Positions 49,875-62,349 are shown, counted from the first letter of the stretch. The stretch: 64,000 bases of DNA from Octopus bimaculoides (GCF_001194135.2 NC_068986.1:77653242-77717241); one strand, 5' to 3'. Notes: generated from the sequence alone by a model not told the origin. Made by a program: numbers and translations.

Positions 49875-51429
49875 TAGAAACTAAAGGTATGTTTCTGCCA
49901 ATGTTTGCAACAGTAAACATGTTCTATAAACGTGTTTACAAGGGGATTCTTTCAGAATAGGATATAAAACATTTTGTGAGTACAAAACGAGCAGAACTGC
50001 TTACCTTTATCATACGGTAAAGAAATAGAGAGTATACTCCATTCCAAATTAAATTGTTTATTATGATCTTTTAGATACCAGATTAATTTACTAAGCCCTG
50101 TATTGTTATATTTATTAATATGCCTAAATGTAGAGTAATGATTAGATGTTCTTTTGGACAATTGAGATGAAGAACCACCTATATAAAAAAAGACATCAGA
50201 ACTGGAAGTAATTTTACCTTGATAAATAGAGTTTTTAGTCTTAGAATTACTGCTAAGAAAACGAATGTGATTGGAGTTGACTTCAGAAACAATAAACCTG
50301 CTGTTACTATTATTTAAAGAATGGTTTGTATTAACAAAATTAATGCTAGTATTTTCAGTAAGTGGATTTGTAATTAACAACTTATTATTATGTGAAGAGA
50401 TGATTTGTGAAAGATTTTTTGTGTTAGAAAAACCTATCCTAATTCGGTGTGAGTTAATAATTGAATAGTATCTTGAATTTCTCAGGAAATTCTTTTCTAT
50501 AGCCTCACGAAACTGGAAAGGGTAGTTAGATATATGTTATGGACACTGTATTTCAAAATTCATACTGGAAAAGTACAATATTCAATTATGCTTATGTAAG
50601 GTGCACCATGTTTAGCTGAAAAAGCACACATTCTCATTATGTTGAAGAACAAAACTCACAATTTGAGGTTCAGATTCGAATATTTATGAAATGCATGCAT
50701 CTAACAAATTTCTATTTTCAAACTGGAGGATGACCCATCCCATCCTGCACAAAGTTAGGCACTCATAAGCCTTTTTCTTATTCAAATGCTTCTACTAGCC
50801 ATTTTGATATTTCCTCAATACCTCACTAAAACAACGAAGTGTTATTGGCTTGTTATGGATACTTGAACACTCAAAGCTAAAATATATTACATTTTGTTAT
50901 ATACTCTCAGCATTAACAATATTCTTCCTCCCTATGTAGGACATATTCAAGGTCAACTCAACCATTGTTTCCCGATTAAAGGAACATAACCATGCTTACA
51001 GGAACAGAATTACCCTGCTTCCCCTTAGAATGTTTCTGTATGGGCATTAATATGTGTGTGTGTGTAAATTTTTACTTAGAAGTTCATACACTGACACACA
51101 CATACACATTTGTATACACATGCACAACACACTCATGTACACACACACACTCACACAAATATATATTTATGCATATATATATGTGTGTGTATGTAAGTAT
51201 GCATATATATATTATATATTATATACATATCACAACATCATCAACATCATCATTGTTTAATGCATAAGTAAATGATATTATTCAACATAATTTATGTATA
51301 TATTTTATAAATTTATATTTATGTTTTATACTATATATATATTGCATATAATTGTAGTATTACACTATCTTCTGGCAAAACGCAGAGTAGACTCAACTTT
51401 AGATGTTAAGAATCTTGTACAGAATTTTA

Positions 51430-51467
<38 letters not shown>

Positions 51468-51477
51468 TATATATATA

Positions 51478-51512
<35 letters not shown>

Positions 51513-51792
51513 TCTAAGTTCATTACAGGAAACGTTTTTGAATATGCATATAAAAGCTTCTGTTTTATTATGCTAGCTACAGCCTAAAGATACCAACTAG
51601 CAATTGCAGGTTTATGGTGTTGTACTGAGCTGTGCTGATATAATGTATGGTAATAATAATAATTTTTTTACTATAGGCACAAAACCTGAAATTTTAGGGG
51701 AGGGACCAGCCTATTACATCGAACCCAATACTCAACTGGTAATTATTTTATCAACCCCAAAAAGATGAAAGGCAAATAATAGTAATAATAAT

Positions 51793-52110
51793 CTATGGAT
51801 GAAATTTATAAATATTTTAATGCATAGTTATGTGTGTTTCCACAAATCATATGTTTCTTTTAATCATAGTCTGTATTTTTGGGATGATTACAGTACAATC
51901 TATAGATGGTTGCTCAGATGATTTTTCATGGTGTTTGTGGTACCACCAAAGTGTACATATTTTTGTGTACCATTTTCACTTCACATTTGTAAACTGTATT
52001 ACTTACCATGCAGTTGTTCTCTTTCCATTACCTTCTATTCCTCCCTACCAAATACAGACAGAACTGCCCACATACCCCAACCGACCTTTTGATTGGTGAA
52101 AATTGATAAG
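51793..52110 (-). mobile_element. Penelope-like GIY-YIG fragment (old)
   Basis: NNCMVSNTVYKCEV(fs)NGTQKYVHFGGTTNTMKNHLSNHL. Confidence 0.6.
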
Positions 52111-52149
52111 CATTCTTCAGTTATACATTCATTGCTTCCAACATTAGTG

Positions 52150-52325
52150 CCATATCACCTGATGAAATGAACACATGAATGAAGATTTACCCAATGTCCA
52201 TGGATACTACAAGCTGTACTGTAATCATCTCTGGAATATGGACTATGATCGTAAGAAACCTGTAACTTGTGGAAATGTGTGTAACAGTGCATTAAAATAT
52301 ATTTATAAATTCCATCCATGGATTG
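52150..52325 (+). mobile_element. Inverted partial copy of the 3' end of the 51793-52110 Penelope-like fragment
   Basis: ctgtactgtaatcatc...gactatgat...gtggaaa...tgcattaaaata..ttataaatt.catccat aligns to the reverse complement of 51793-51905. Confidence 0.65.
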
Positions 52326-52474
52326 TTAATATTATTATTACTATATATATATATATNNNNNNNNNNNNNNNNNNNNNNNNNNNTGTATGAGACTTTCAGT
52401 ATGTACATTCTGAGGACCTTGCATAAACGATAAATAAATGAATAAATAAAAAATAGCATGCAAACATGTCTTTC

Positions 52475-52507
<33 letters not shown>

Positions 52508-54250
52508 TGTTTAAAATGGAATTTTCATGAGAAAATCAAATTTGTTTCAGGTGTAAATTGGTTCCTTGTTTAATTACAGAAATCTCAAATTTTAAAATAC
52601 ACGTAAAAGGTTTTTATGTTCCTTTTCATATTCACTTCCTTTTACAGTTTGTCCAAAAATTAATTCAATAAAATTGACTATTTTATATCCTACTTATTTA
52701 ATCAACATGTAAGAAATAGTTGTTGAAGCAGATATTAATTTTATTAGAATATATTTTTACAGTTTTTCTAAACTATGCCAAAATAAGCATAAAAAAAACC
52801 CAAAGGAAAAACAAAAACAACCAAACAAAACAAAATGCTCAACAAGTATTAACATTGATAATTCTAATATTTATATATTATGATTATAATTCAGATAAGT
52901 TTTGCTATTTATTATTATAATTATTTTACTTAAATGTTTGAAAGTTTATTTTTCTTGACACAATCAGATAATTTATCCATTTTGAAATGATGTCATAAAT
53001 AAGCATATGTTTACTCAAAGCCAATTCAAATAAAGACACTGACAATAGCAGCAAAAAACAGTAATGATAAAAACAAAGCAAGCTTCACACAATGGCTGAG
53101 GTAACTTTCTGTAATATGTTATTGTGGGTAGGACTGCTGGAATGAAAATAACCATGCAAATTATATTAGACATTCATTAACATGCCACTCACATTAGAAC
53201 ATAGAAAATGAGTAAAAGCCCCAAAGACAATGAAAAAGGAATAATTCAAAGCAGAGAGAGAGCGACAGAAAGAGGGAGTTTAAAAACCTACCTGAAGATA
53301 TAGGTGACTGAAAAGCTGAAGAGAAATAACAATTTACCAAAAAAAAAAAAAGAAAAATGGGTATATTAGGATGAGAGCAAGAGGAAACATAAAAAAGTAA
53401 AGAATTGGCTGAAATAAGAATTTTCAGTGTGTTACTTTGTAAAGCTTCATCATCGATGGCAGTTTTATATCCTAAATGATAGTAGTGTTAGTTTCAAACA
53501 TGGTGGAAACAGGGTGCATGGGCAGTAATATGAATTTGTTATATTATAAATAGTGATGATTATCATACTGATAATAATGATGAGTATAATGATAAAACAT
53601 CTTGTCTCATTAAATGTTATTAATATTTAATATTATCACTGCCAACACCTTCCTTTGGTTGGGAAGGGTTGGTAGTTTTCCTCCTGTCTACTGGCTACAG
53701 TGAAAGAGGTTGAATGGTGCAGATGATTGAAAAGACTGAAAATAGACACTTTTCTTCTTGATCAACTTCTTCGTGTATTACTGAGAAAGGAAGATGATGG
53801 TATAAAGAGAGAGAGAGAGAGAGAGAGAGTGAGCGAGAGAAAAAAGAAAAAGAAAGTGTGTGTGTGTGTGAGAGAGAGAGGGAGAGAGAAAGAGGGTATG
53901 ATTTCCAGTAAGCTTGCTGAAAGGTGGGTGAGAGTGAATGGGCCTGCTCTCAGCTTGCACCTGTAGGCAGGAGAATACAACTAGATGAGTATATTCATGG
54001 TAGTCTGGGATCTATGAAAAACTCTGGCCCCAGATGGCTGTCCTCTTACTAGTACTTTACCTTTATACTGGTACTTTTCATGTCTGTTTTTTCATAATCA
54101 AAGCTCAACTGGTTAAGATCAAACAACTGACAAGCAAATCTGTGGTATTAAGCAGAATATTTGCTGTAGCCCATCTTTTATACCAGGACAAAACAATGTA
54201 CATGATAACACTTCCAATCAATTAAGATCAGAAGCCATGAGAGTCACTGC

Positions 54251-54308
<58 letters not shown>

Positions 54309-54885
54309 GTTGCCTTTGCATAGCTTCTAACGTTGGAGATGTACTATAGGGTCAGCTGTTCACCTTCCAGAGTATTCGAGCGGTTCCAAGCAGTGCTGTT
54401 TTCTGCAAGTGCTCCACCCTTATTGCAGCCCCTATTTGTTCCATGTACTTCTCAAGATTTTTGCTCACTGTTCACAAGGCTCCGACAATTATTGGTACTA
54501 CTGCTACCTTTTTCATCAACCACAACTGCTTAACTTTCCAAGCTAACCTGTTATATCTCTTGATTTTTCTTTCTTCCTTATTGCATACCTTGTTGTCAGC
54601 TGGGCGTGCTATGTCTATGATTCACCATAGTTTGTTTTCTTTCTCAATTAAGTCTATGTCCAGCTTCCTATTCTCAATCTCATGGTCGCACTGGATCATA
54701 AAATCCCATAGGATCTTTGCATTTCTATTTTCGACAATGCCTTCAGGTTTGTGATTGTACCAATTTTTTGCTCTGTCAAGTCCATACTTGTTGCAAAGTG
54801 TCCAATGGACAAGCCTTGCTATATTGTCATGGCGTCTCTTATATTCGTTCTGGGCTAGTGGCGTACATTGGCTGGTAATATGCCA
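54309..54885 (-). mobile_element. RLE-type (R4/Dong-like) LINE 3' fragment, copy 2, flanked on both sides by (TAA)n
   Basis: WHITSQCTPLAQNEYKRRHDNIARLVHWTLCNKYGLDRAKNWYNHKPEGIVENRNAKILWDFMIQCDHEIENRKLDIDLIEKE. (ATT)n arrays at 54256-54308 and 54886-54940. Confidence 0.9.
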
Positions 54886-54974
54886 TATTATTATTATTAT
54901 TATTATTATTATCATCATCATTATTATTATTATTATTATTGTTCAGTAGTTTTATTTTTATAACGTGCTTTTTT

Positions 54975-55293
54975 GGGGGCTGATAAAATAAGAACCAGTT
55001 GAGCTTGGAAGGTCAATGTAATCAACTAGCCCCTTTTCTGAAAATTTCAGGCCTTGTGCCTATTGTAGAAAGATATAAGGTGTTGAGCTGGCAGAATCAT
55101 TAGCTTGCAGGACAAAATGCTTAGCTGCATTTTGTCTGTCTTTACATTCTGAGTTCAAATGTCACCGAGTTCAACTTTGCTTTTCATTATTTTGGGGTTA
55201 TATGAAATAAGTACCAGTTAAGCACTGGGGTCGATTTAATTGACAAGGCCCTCCTCCTTCAAAGTTTCAGGTCTTGTGCCTATTGTAGAAAGG

Positions 55294-55338
<45 letters not shown>

Positions 55339-55510
55339 AGGTAGTGAGCTGGCAGAATTGTTGGCATGCCAGGTGAAATACTTAGTGGTATTTCGTCTGC
55401 CACTATGTTCTGAGTTCAAATTCCATCAGGGTTGACTTTGCCTTTCATCCTTTTGTGGTTGATAAATTAAGTACCAGTGAGATCTTGTGCTTCCAGTAGA
55501 AAGAATTATT
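54975..55510 (+). mobile_element. Head-to-tail cluster of SINE family C copies (tail fragment; ~55075-55293; ~55337-55505), the last two followed by (ATT)n
   Basis: Repeated gagctggcagaat..ttag...ctgagttcaaat...gactttgc.tttcat...aagtaccagt...cttgtgc.t...gtagaaag.attatt. Confidence 0.85.
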
Positions 55511-56026
55511 ATTATTATTATTATTGTTGTTATTATTTTATTATTGTGGTTGTTGTTGTTGTTGTTATAGTTGTTTGTGAAGCTCTGAAATTTTTGTCCA
55601 TGTAAGTGTTTGACAATTTTGAGGTAAAAAATGGCTTCAAAATCCTGTGTTCTCCTTAATTAAGGGAGGCACAAATAGTTCTCTGACATTCAAAGCTGAC
55701 AAAGAAATATTGTTGTTAAAAATGTTAACAAATTTGATGTTTGAAACAGAGGAGCCATGGAAAGGAGCCATGACATCTGAAGCAGTAGCAGTGTTAAATT
55801 TGAACATTTTGCTTGCCAATATGGAAAAGACTGACTTTGCTATTTTCATCAGCAAAATTTTTTTTACCTCTCTTGTTTCAAAAGAATAGGCAATGGCAAT
55901 AACAACTATGACAACAATAGTATGGGCAAGCCAAAGATTATTAACAGCAACAACTTGGGCTACAGGAAGTTGGCTATGAGGATTAGTTTATTTGCCTGGG
56001 TGATAAGACACATAGAAAGATTAGAG

Positions 56027-56364
56027 CAGGGGTTCTCAACCATTTTTTTTTATCTACAGACCCCTTTGATTACTGTCTTATTCTGGTGGACCCCACCCTC
56101 ATAGCCATTCAATGTTTAAAAACTAATTTTATAGAAACCTCTTTCAAAATTTCTATTTCGTTTTTGACACATTAACTTGTATAGGTTGAATTATGTAAAA
56201 TGTTTGAGAAAGAAACCTAGCTGTTTCTTGCAATACATGCCAATGCATATATCTAAAGCAAAATATTTTCAGGGGCCCTTAAAATACTATTGTGGATCCC
56301 TATTTACTATTTTATTGCATGGACCTCCCAAAAATCTTATATGGACTCCAGTTGAGAACCACTG
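56027..56364. mobile_element. hAT (Charlie/MER5-like) non-autonomous MITE, 338 bp
   Basis: TIRs CAGGGGTTCTCAAC / GTTGAGAACCACTG (1 mismatch in 14). Perfect 8-bp TSD GATTAGAG at 56019-56026 and 56365-56372. Confidence 0.9.
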
Positions 56365-56444
56365 GATTAGAGCTTGAAAGGGGTAAAAAAAAAAAAACTA
56401 AATGAAATAAATGGACTTCTAATGTATCTATGTATAGACATTAA

Positions 56445-58620
56445 AAGCAAAAACCATAGAAAACTCAATGCTTATGCTGGTGGAAAAGTGCCTGAAAGGC
56501 ATGAAGAAGTTATTAAGCTTCATCATTAGTGATAGGCATTATTCCTCTCTGAGGATGAAGCAAAAAGCCATTCCACTGCCTTGGTCAAGAGGGAAGATTT
56601 CATTACCATTCCCTTGTACATAGACCAGTGATAGGTGAAGGTAAGAATGGTGTATGTGCTACCCAAAATAAACAACTGGTAGCTGGTGACAGCTGTTTTA
56701 TGTGAAGAAGAAGTGGATATATTTTTAGAGATGTTTAGAGAACTGGTTGGTCCAAACATATCCAGAAATGCTCAAAAACATTCCTGATCTGACTCAGCTA
56801 ACAAATGCCACCTAACTGTTTGCAGAGACAGAAAGAAGAAAGTCGATGTGCCTCATATGTAGTGGTACATACCATCAAAAGACTTTCTGTATCCAGCTGA
56901 AGGGTACTCACACTGCTGTCAACTCTTGAACTATTGCAGCAACAACAACAGCTGTTGCAGTAGCAACGACAATAGCAATGTCATCAACAGTAACAGAAAT
57001 TCCCAAATCAACAGCACATCAGCAATATCAGAGACTAACAACACAGCCCAGAACAGTTCCACCACCTGCTCTACAATCAAATGAAGACCTCCCTCATGCT
57101 GACATTTGTACATGCATTTCTTCCCACATCATTATGTATACCAGGTCTCATGTTGTGCAAAGAAGCCAAGACAAGCTCATCACAAGAGTTTGTTGCTCAT
57201 GGGAGAAAGAGGAAGACAGATAAAAGAAGCTACTTCATGCTTAGAGTCAGTAAGTTCCATAGGGCCACAGAAAGCCAATCAAACAGCAATCACTACTACC
57301 AAGAATAATAAAAACAAAAACATAAGATAAACCACAAAGAGAATATAAAAAAATAAAACAAACACAAGAAAAAACAATAACATCAGCAGCAACAACACCA
57401 ATAGCCAAACACATAAAGACCTGCCAACTTGTTCATTTTGTTGTTGTTCAAAAGATTAACTGCGACTTGATTGAGAAGATAATAAATAACAAAAGCAAAC
57501 ATACCAAAGAGGAGATTTTTGAAAAATTCATGCACAAAACACTCCAACTAAGACTTTTCATACATACATACTCACACACCAACATGACTCTTATATACAT
57601 ACTCACACACTAACATGACTCTCAAATCAAAATATCATTATGATGTAAGATTGTTTCAGAAAAAAGACATTTTAGGAAGACGTTTTAAGAAACTCTCTCT
57701 ATTGGGGAAACTAGATTACACACCTTTCTCCAAGTTACCTCTCTCCTTTCTTTTTCTCTCACCAACATAGCCATTCTCAGTGTAGGATGTATAAATGCAC
57801 ATGCCCTGGAGCTTCCTTGGAAGCAATATTACTTGTTCAATGGTCTCAATCCACTAAATTAAGCTGTGGTAGCCATCAACGAGACAAGAATTTCTGGGAT
57901 TCATTCACACCACTTTTATTATAATGTGTGTGCATCATGAAGCTAGTGAGGATACAGAAGTGCCGGTGGTGGTAATGGTGGGTGAGGGGCATTGGCATTT
58001 TGGAAGGCTTAGATCTTAAGGTATGGATGATCTTACTGGACCCAGAGATGCTGGATATGAACAGCAGTGAAGACACTGTCTTTAAACTAGTAACCATCCG
58101 ACTGTGGCAAGGTGGCACAACTTTTTCAGTTGTTAAGACCCAGTGATGCTGGATATGAACAGAGATGCTGGATATGAACAGAGATGCTGGATATGAACAG
58201 CAATGAAGACTCTGTCTTTAGACTAGTTATCATCTAACTGTGGCAAGGTGGCACAACTTTTCAGTTGTTAAGTGTTTTGGGGAAAATTCTGTTATTTAAT
58301 AAGTGTTTAGTAACAGTGCACTGAGATTGCAAGGAGTTAACTGAGAGAAGAGGGTGGGTGTAAAGGCCTCACAAACACACTCAGGTACATTGGTACCAAC
58401 TCAGACAGTTGGAACTATCTAATTAGGTGCCAATGGGATTTCCCCAATGTGCTATTGAGAACATGGAATAATTACCCTGAAAGAACTGTGAACAGACACT
58501 TTCTCCCTTCAGCAGAGCCATCCTTGACCTCTTCAGATTTCACTTGAATAGGTAGGTGGAGATAAAACCTGGAAGTATTGGTCTTTAGCAAATTTGTTGA
58601 AAGGTGACTGAAAGTGGCAA
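56445..58620 (+). mobile_element. L1/Tx1-like LINE 5' portion: decayed ORF1-like region plus APE endonuclease remnant
   Basis: From ~57775: LSVGCINAHAL...AVVAINETRISG...KGLDLKVWMILLDPE..LDMNSSEDTVFKLV (APE motifs N/G, ET, LV.VY). 56460-56790 is a stop-riddled protein-like frame assigned to ORF1 by position only. Confidence 0.6.
58040..58272 (+). repeat. Nested tandem duplication: 98-bp unit x2, with a 19-bp unit (gatgctggatatgaacaga) x3 in the second copy
   Basis: Unit 1 at 58040-58137, unit 2 at 58138-58272. Confidence 0.9.
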
Positions 58621-59533
58621 GCATGATTCAAGTGGCCTCTTACTGGTACTATATGTTATTAACCCTGAGAGGATGAAAGACAAAATTGACCTCAGCAGGA
58701 TCTGAACTCAGAATACAACACTTTAATGATTATGTCAATCGACTACCCAACATAAGTATACTTGGGGTGATTTAGTTGATTATAGGTCCTCCACCCTACA
58801 AGTAGTCATGTATCTAAGAAAAAAATTATTAATACAAGAAGGCTTTGAAGGGTGGTGGATCAGTAAAATTAGTAGAGTAGTAGAAAAAATGCTTTGCACT
58901 AAATAGTTACTACTGAGTTCAAAGTCCACCAAAGCTAACTTTGCTTCCATTCTTTTGGGTTCAACAAAATAAAGTGTTAGTCAAATACTGGGGTCAATTT
59001 AATTGACTAAATCCCAACCTCATTACAATTTGTTGACTTGTGTCTATGTTAGAAAGTAATATTAGAAGTTATTGTGGTATGATGGCACATTGTTCATTGA
59101 GTTGACACTGTAACATAATGTCAACTCCCTCTTCATGTATGTCACTAAAGAAATCGAGAACTCATGAACATCACAGCAACTCAGGATTCAGGTTATATTT
59201 TTTTATGCCCTACTATTTATCCTGCTCTATTTTTGGTAAGGAGGGGAGGAGGGGAAGGGGGCAGTGTTGCTTCTTTTCAAGAGTGAGATATCTGAGGTAC
59301 TGCTCCAATCCACATATTTTATTATGTAAGCCTACAGTCATTTGTCAAGTCATGGAAACCTTATTTCCTACTATGAGGTGAAGATAAAATTTGAACTCAG
59401 AAAGTAAAGAACCAGAACAGATACAGTATGGCATCTAATCTAATGTTCTGGCAATTCTACCACATCACTACTCTGAAACAATACTTTATTTGTCAACCCC
59501 ACAAAAATGAGAATTGATTCCTGTGAGGCTTTA

Positions 59534-59870
59534 GTGAAGGCATATAGCTCAGTGAGTGTCGGGCTCACAATTCTGAGGTAGTGAGTTTGATTCCCAGACT
59601 GGGCTGTGTGTTGTGTTCTTGAGCAAGACACTTTATTTCATGTTGCCCCAGTTCACTCAGTTGTAGAAATGAATTGCAATGTCACTGGGGCCAAGTTAGG
59701 TCTGCCTTTACCTTTTCTTTGGATAACATCAGTGGCATGGAGAGGGGAGGCTGGTATGCATGGCTGACTGCTGGTCTTCCATAAACAACCTTGCCCAGAC
59801 TTGTGTTTTGGAGGGGAACTTGCTAGGTGTAATCCTATGGTCATTCATGACCAAAGGTGGTCTTTACCCT
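59534..59870 (+). mobile_element. SINE family B, full length
   Basis: Colinear with 48787-49120. Confidence 0.85.
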
Positions 59871-60339
59871 GTGAGCTTTGAACTCAGAATGCAAGTGTCT
59901 ATCCAATGGATTAACAACTCTCCTTGCTTACTGCATTTCTCATGACTATAAGAAATCATTACTATGAGTTTTTATCATTCTCGTACAAGTAGTAGTTGCA
60001 GTAGTAGTATCAACATTAATAGCAGCAACTGTAGCAGTTATAGTTACTAGTAGTAAAATAAACTAGCAAAGAAGAATCTTACGAACACTTTCTGTTAGAA
60101 CTTTGGAGATTTTGTTTGAGCCATTTCAGTACATCATCTTTCTCAACATTTGCTTTGCAGTTATGCAATTATTATATTTATTTATTTTCCATCCTCTGCC
60201 ATTTCTTTGTCAAAGGAACCACTTATTATTGTCCCAATATTTGCTATGAATTCTTTCCTTTTTTCTTAATGCTATATGAGGGTTTGCCGTTGGTACTTTC
60301 TCAGTTTCTGTAGCTTCTTTTCATAAATATTCATTATCA

Positions 60340-60389
<50 letters not shown>

Positions 60390-60759
60390 GTTATTATTAT
60401 TATCATTAGTATTCACTTTATGTATATTGAAAATATTGTAGACATATTATATATATGTGTGTATGAGTGTATATATGTGTACATATATACACATGTGGAT
60501 CTATATGTATGTAGGNNNNNNNNNNNNNNNNNNNNNNNNNNNNNNNNNNNNNNNNNNNNNNNNNNNNNNNNNNNNNNNNNNNNNNNNNNNNNNNNNNNNN
60601 NNNNNNNNNNNNNNNNNNNNNNNNNNATATATATATGCATGCGTGCTCACACACACACACATGTATACGTTTTGGAATTATCTTCAAATATTTGATGTGG
60701 CTGGCTTTTAATGGTGGGTTTTGTATTTTACAAAGTTTCAGTACGTCTTATTATTTTCT

Positions 60760-61260
60760 CAGGCATTGTTTCTAGTTCTATACAAAACTGAATTTCTTCC
60801 TATTAATCCCACCTGACTCATCCAAGTCTCTTCTAAAAACTATCATTGTATTGTTATATCTTTTTATGTTAAGAGTACTTTCTATCCAGACAATACATGA
60901 TGGACTGGTTCCTTTTATTTTCCATTTCATGGCTTGCACACATTGGATGTCAGTTTTATTTCTTTGATACTCTAAATTCAATCAATTTTCTAGTCTATTG
61001 ATGAAGGGAAAAGTTTCCTTGAAATCCAAGTTAAAGCTCAACTAGCCATGGATTTTAAAATCTAATTTGTCAAACATTTTCTTCTGGAAAGATGTATTAT
61101 TATACTATTTTCAATCCTTAACTATTCTGTGTTCTTTTGAAGTATTATTTTCATATTGCATTAGAAATTCCATTCTTTCCAAATCCAGTCTGATTTTTAT
61201 ATTATCAACTTCTACATTGTACACAGCTTAACATGTCATCTATTTCTCTTTCTTTTTATT
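60760..61260 (-). mobile_element. Very old RLE-type LINE remnant
   Basis: Minus strand K*KEPVHHVLSG*KVL (cf. ETVxHILSGCxxL of the CCHC knuckle), preceded by a stop-riddled protein-like frame containing KIHG. Confidence 0.4.
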
Positions 61261-62259
61261 TTTCTTTCTTCCATGCCATGTTGATTACACAATATTGATG
61301 TCTCTACAAACCCAAGTGGACTGTGAAACCAGTGTGTGGCCCTGATTACTTAGTGCTGAGCGATGAGAAATAAATATCACACAGGATAGAATTCCAAAAG
61401 TAACAGTTTTATGTAAAATTAAGTCTTAATCATTTATGACAGGAGCTGCTACTTCAATATTTTATCCAATTAGATATTTCAACTCTAATGTCATACTTTC
61501 ACAGTGTGATATAGCATGATATTTCTACTTATATGTGTATTTGCAAGATCCAGATATGTTTCATTACTTACCAGATCACTATATAAGAAACTAGCAATAA
61601 TATTTGGCCTTGCCTGGGCTTATGATTTTCTTGATATGTGCTCCTTTACAAAAAATTCTGCTACTTAGAGGCAAGCCATGGTCTACAACTTACAGCATAC
61701 ATACATGCATACATACATGTATAGGTACATACACACATACTTTGTTAGAACTATGTTGATGTTTTGCAGAGAACCTAATCAGATGCATTACATTGTCTAG
61801 CTTGGTGCTTCATAATGTCAGTTCAAAGCATATCAAATCTGAAGTTATCTTTAATCACTGAAAAGTGAACAATTACGTGCCATTTCCTTTGTATTTTGTA
61901 CAGTATTTTATTAATTTATTCAGTATTTTATTAATCCTCATTAGTAGGCAGGACTAGTGTGACATTAATGAAGTATGTAAATTATACTTAGAATGACATG
62001 TATAAAATGTGTGCTGTAACTAGCAATGCTACATTTTGGTGGATGAAGAGAGTATGTATGTTATGAAGTAAATCATTTGTATCTTTGTGTTTTTGTTCTC
62101 TGTTGACAGTTTGTTTATTATTATGGATAGTTAATGTTTACTCTCATTCATATCTTCAGTTGAAAATGCCTAGTACTTTGATTTCTCTAAGAATACTTTC
62201 TAGACTTTAATACGTGGCAAATTGAAAGACCTATTAAAGTGAAAGCTAAATACTCTGTG

Positions 62260-62349
62260 GTAGTTGTTCCAGTTGTAGTTGTTCCAGTTGTAGTTGTTCC
62301 AGTAGTAGTTGTTCCAGTAGTAGTTGTTCCAGTGGTAGTTGTTTCAGTT
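62260..62349 (+). repeat. 15-bp minisatellite (gtagttgttccagtN) x6 inside a degenerate SINE family C head
   Basis: Direct reading; followed by ctgagttcaaatcc...gctttcatc...ggtcaataaataaagta. Confidence 0.85.

Larger units (their letters stand above)
49205..50500 (-). mobile_element. Penelope-like element 3' part: GIY-YIG endonuclease pseudo-ORF plus downstream terminal repeat (interrupted by a SINE)
   Basis: IGFSNTKNLSQIISSHNNKLL...SIYQGKITSSSDVFFYIGGSSSQLSKRTSNHYSTF...LSKLIWYLKD...WSIL...FCSFC (GIY-YIG and C-terminal CxxC). Confidence 0.85.

Noticed and set aside
56978-57330. Overlapping short ORFs in a CAA/CAG-rich segment
   Set aside because: Lie inside the decayed L1/Tx1-like element; no splice support or recognisable domain.
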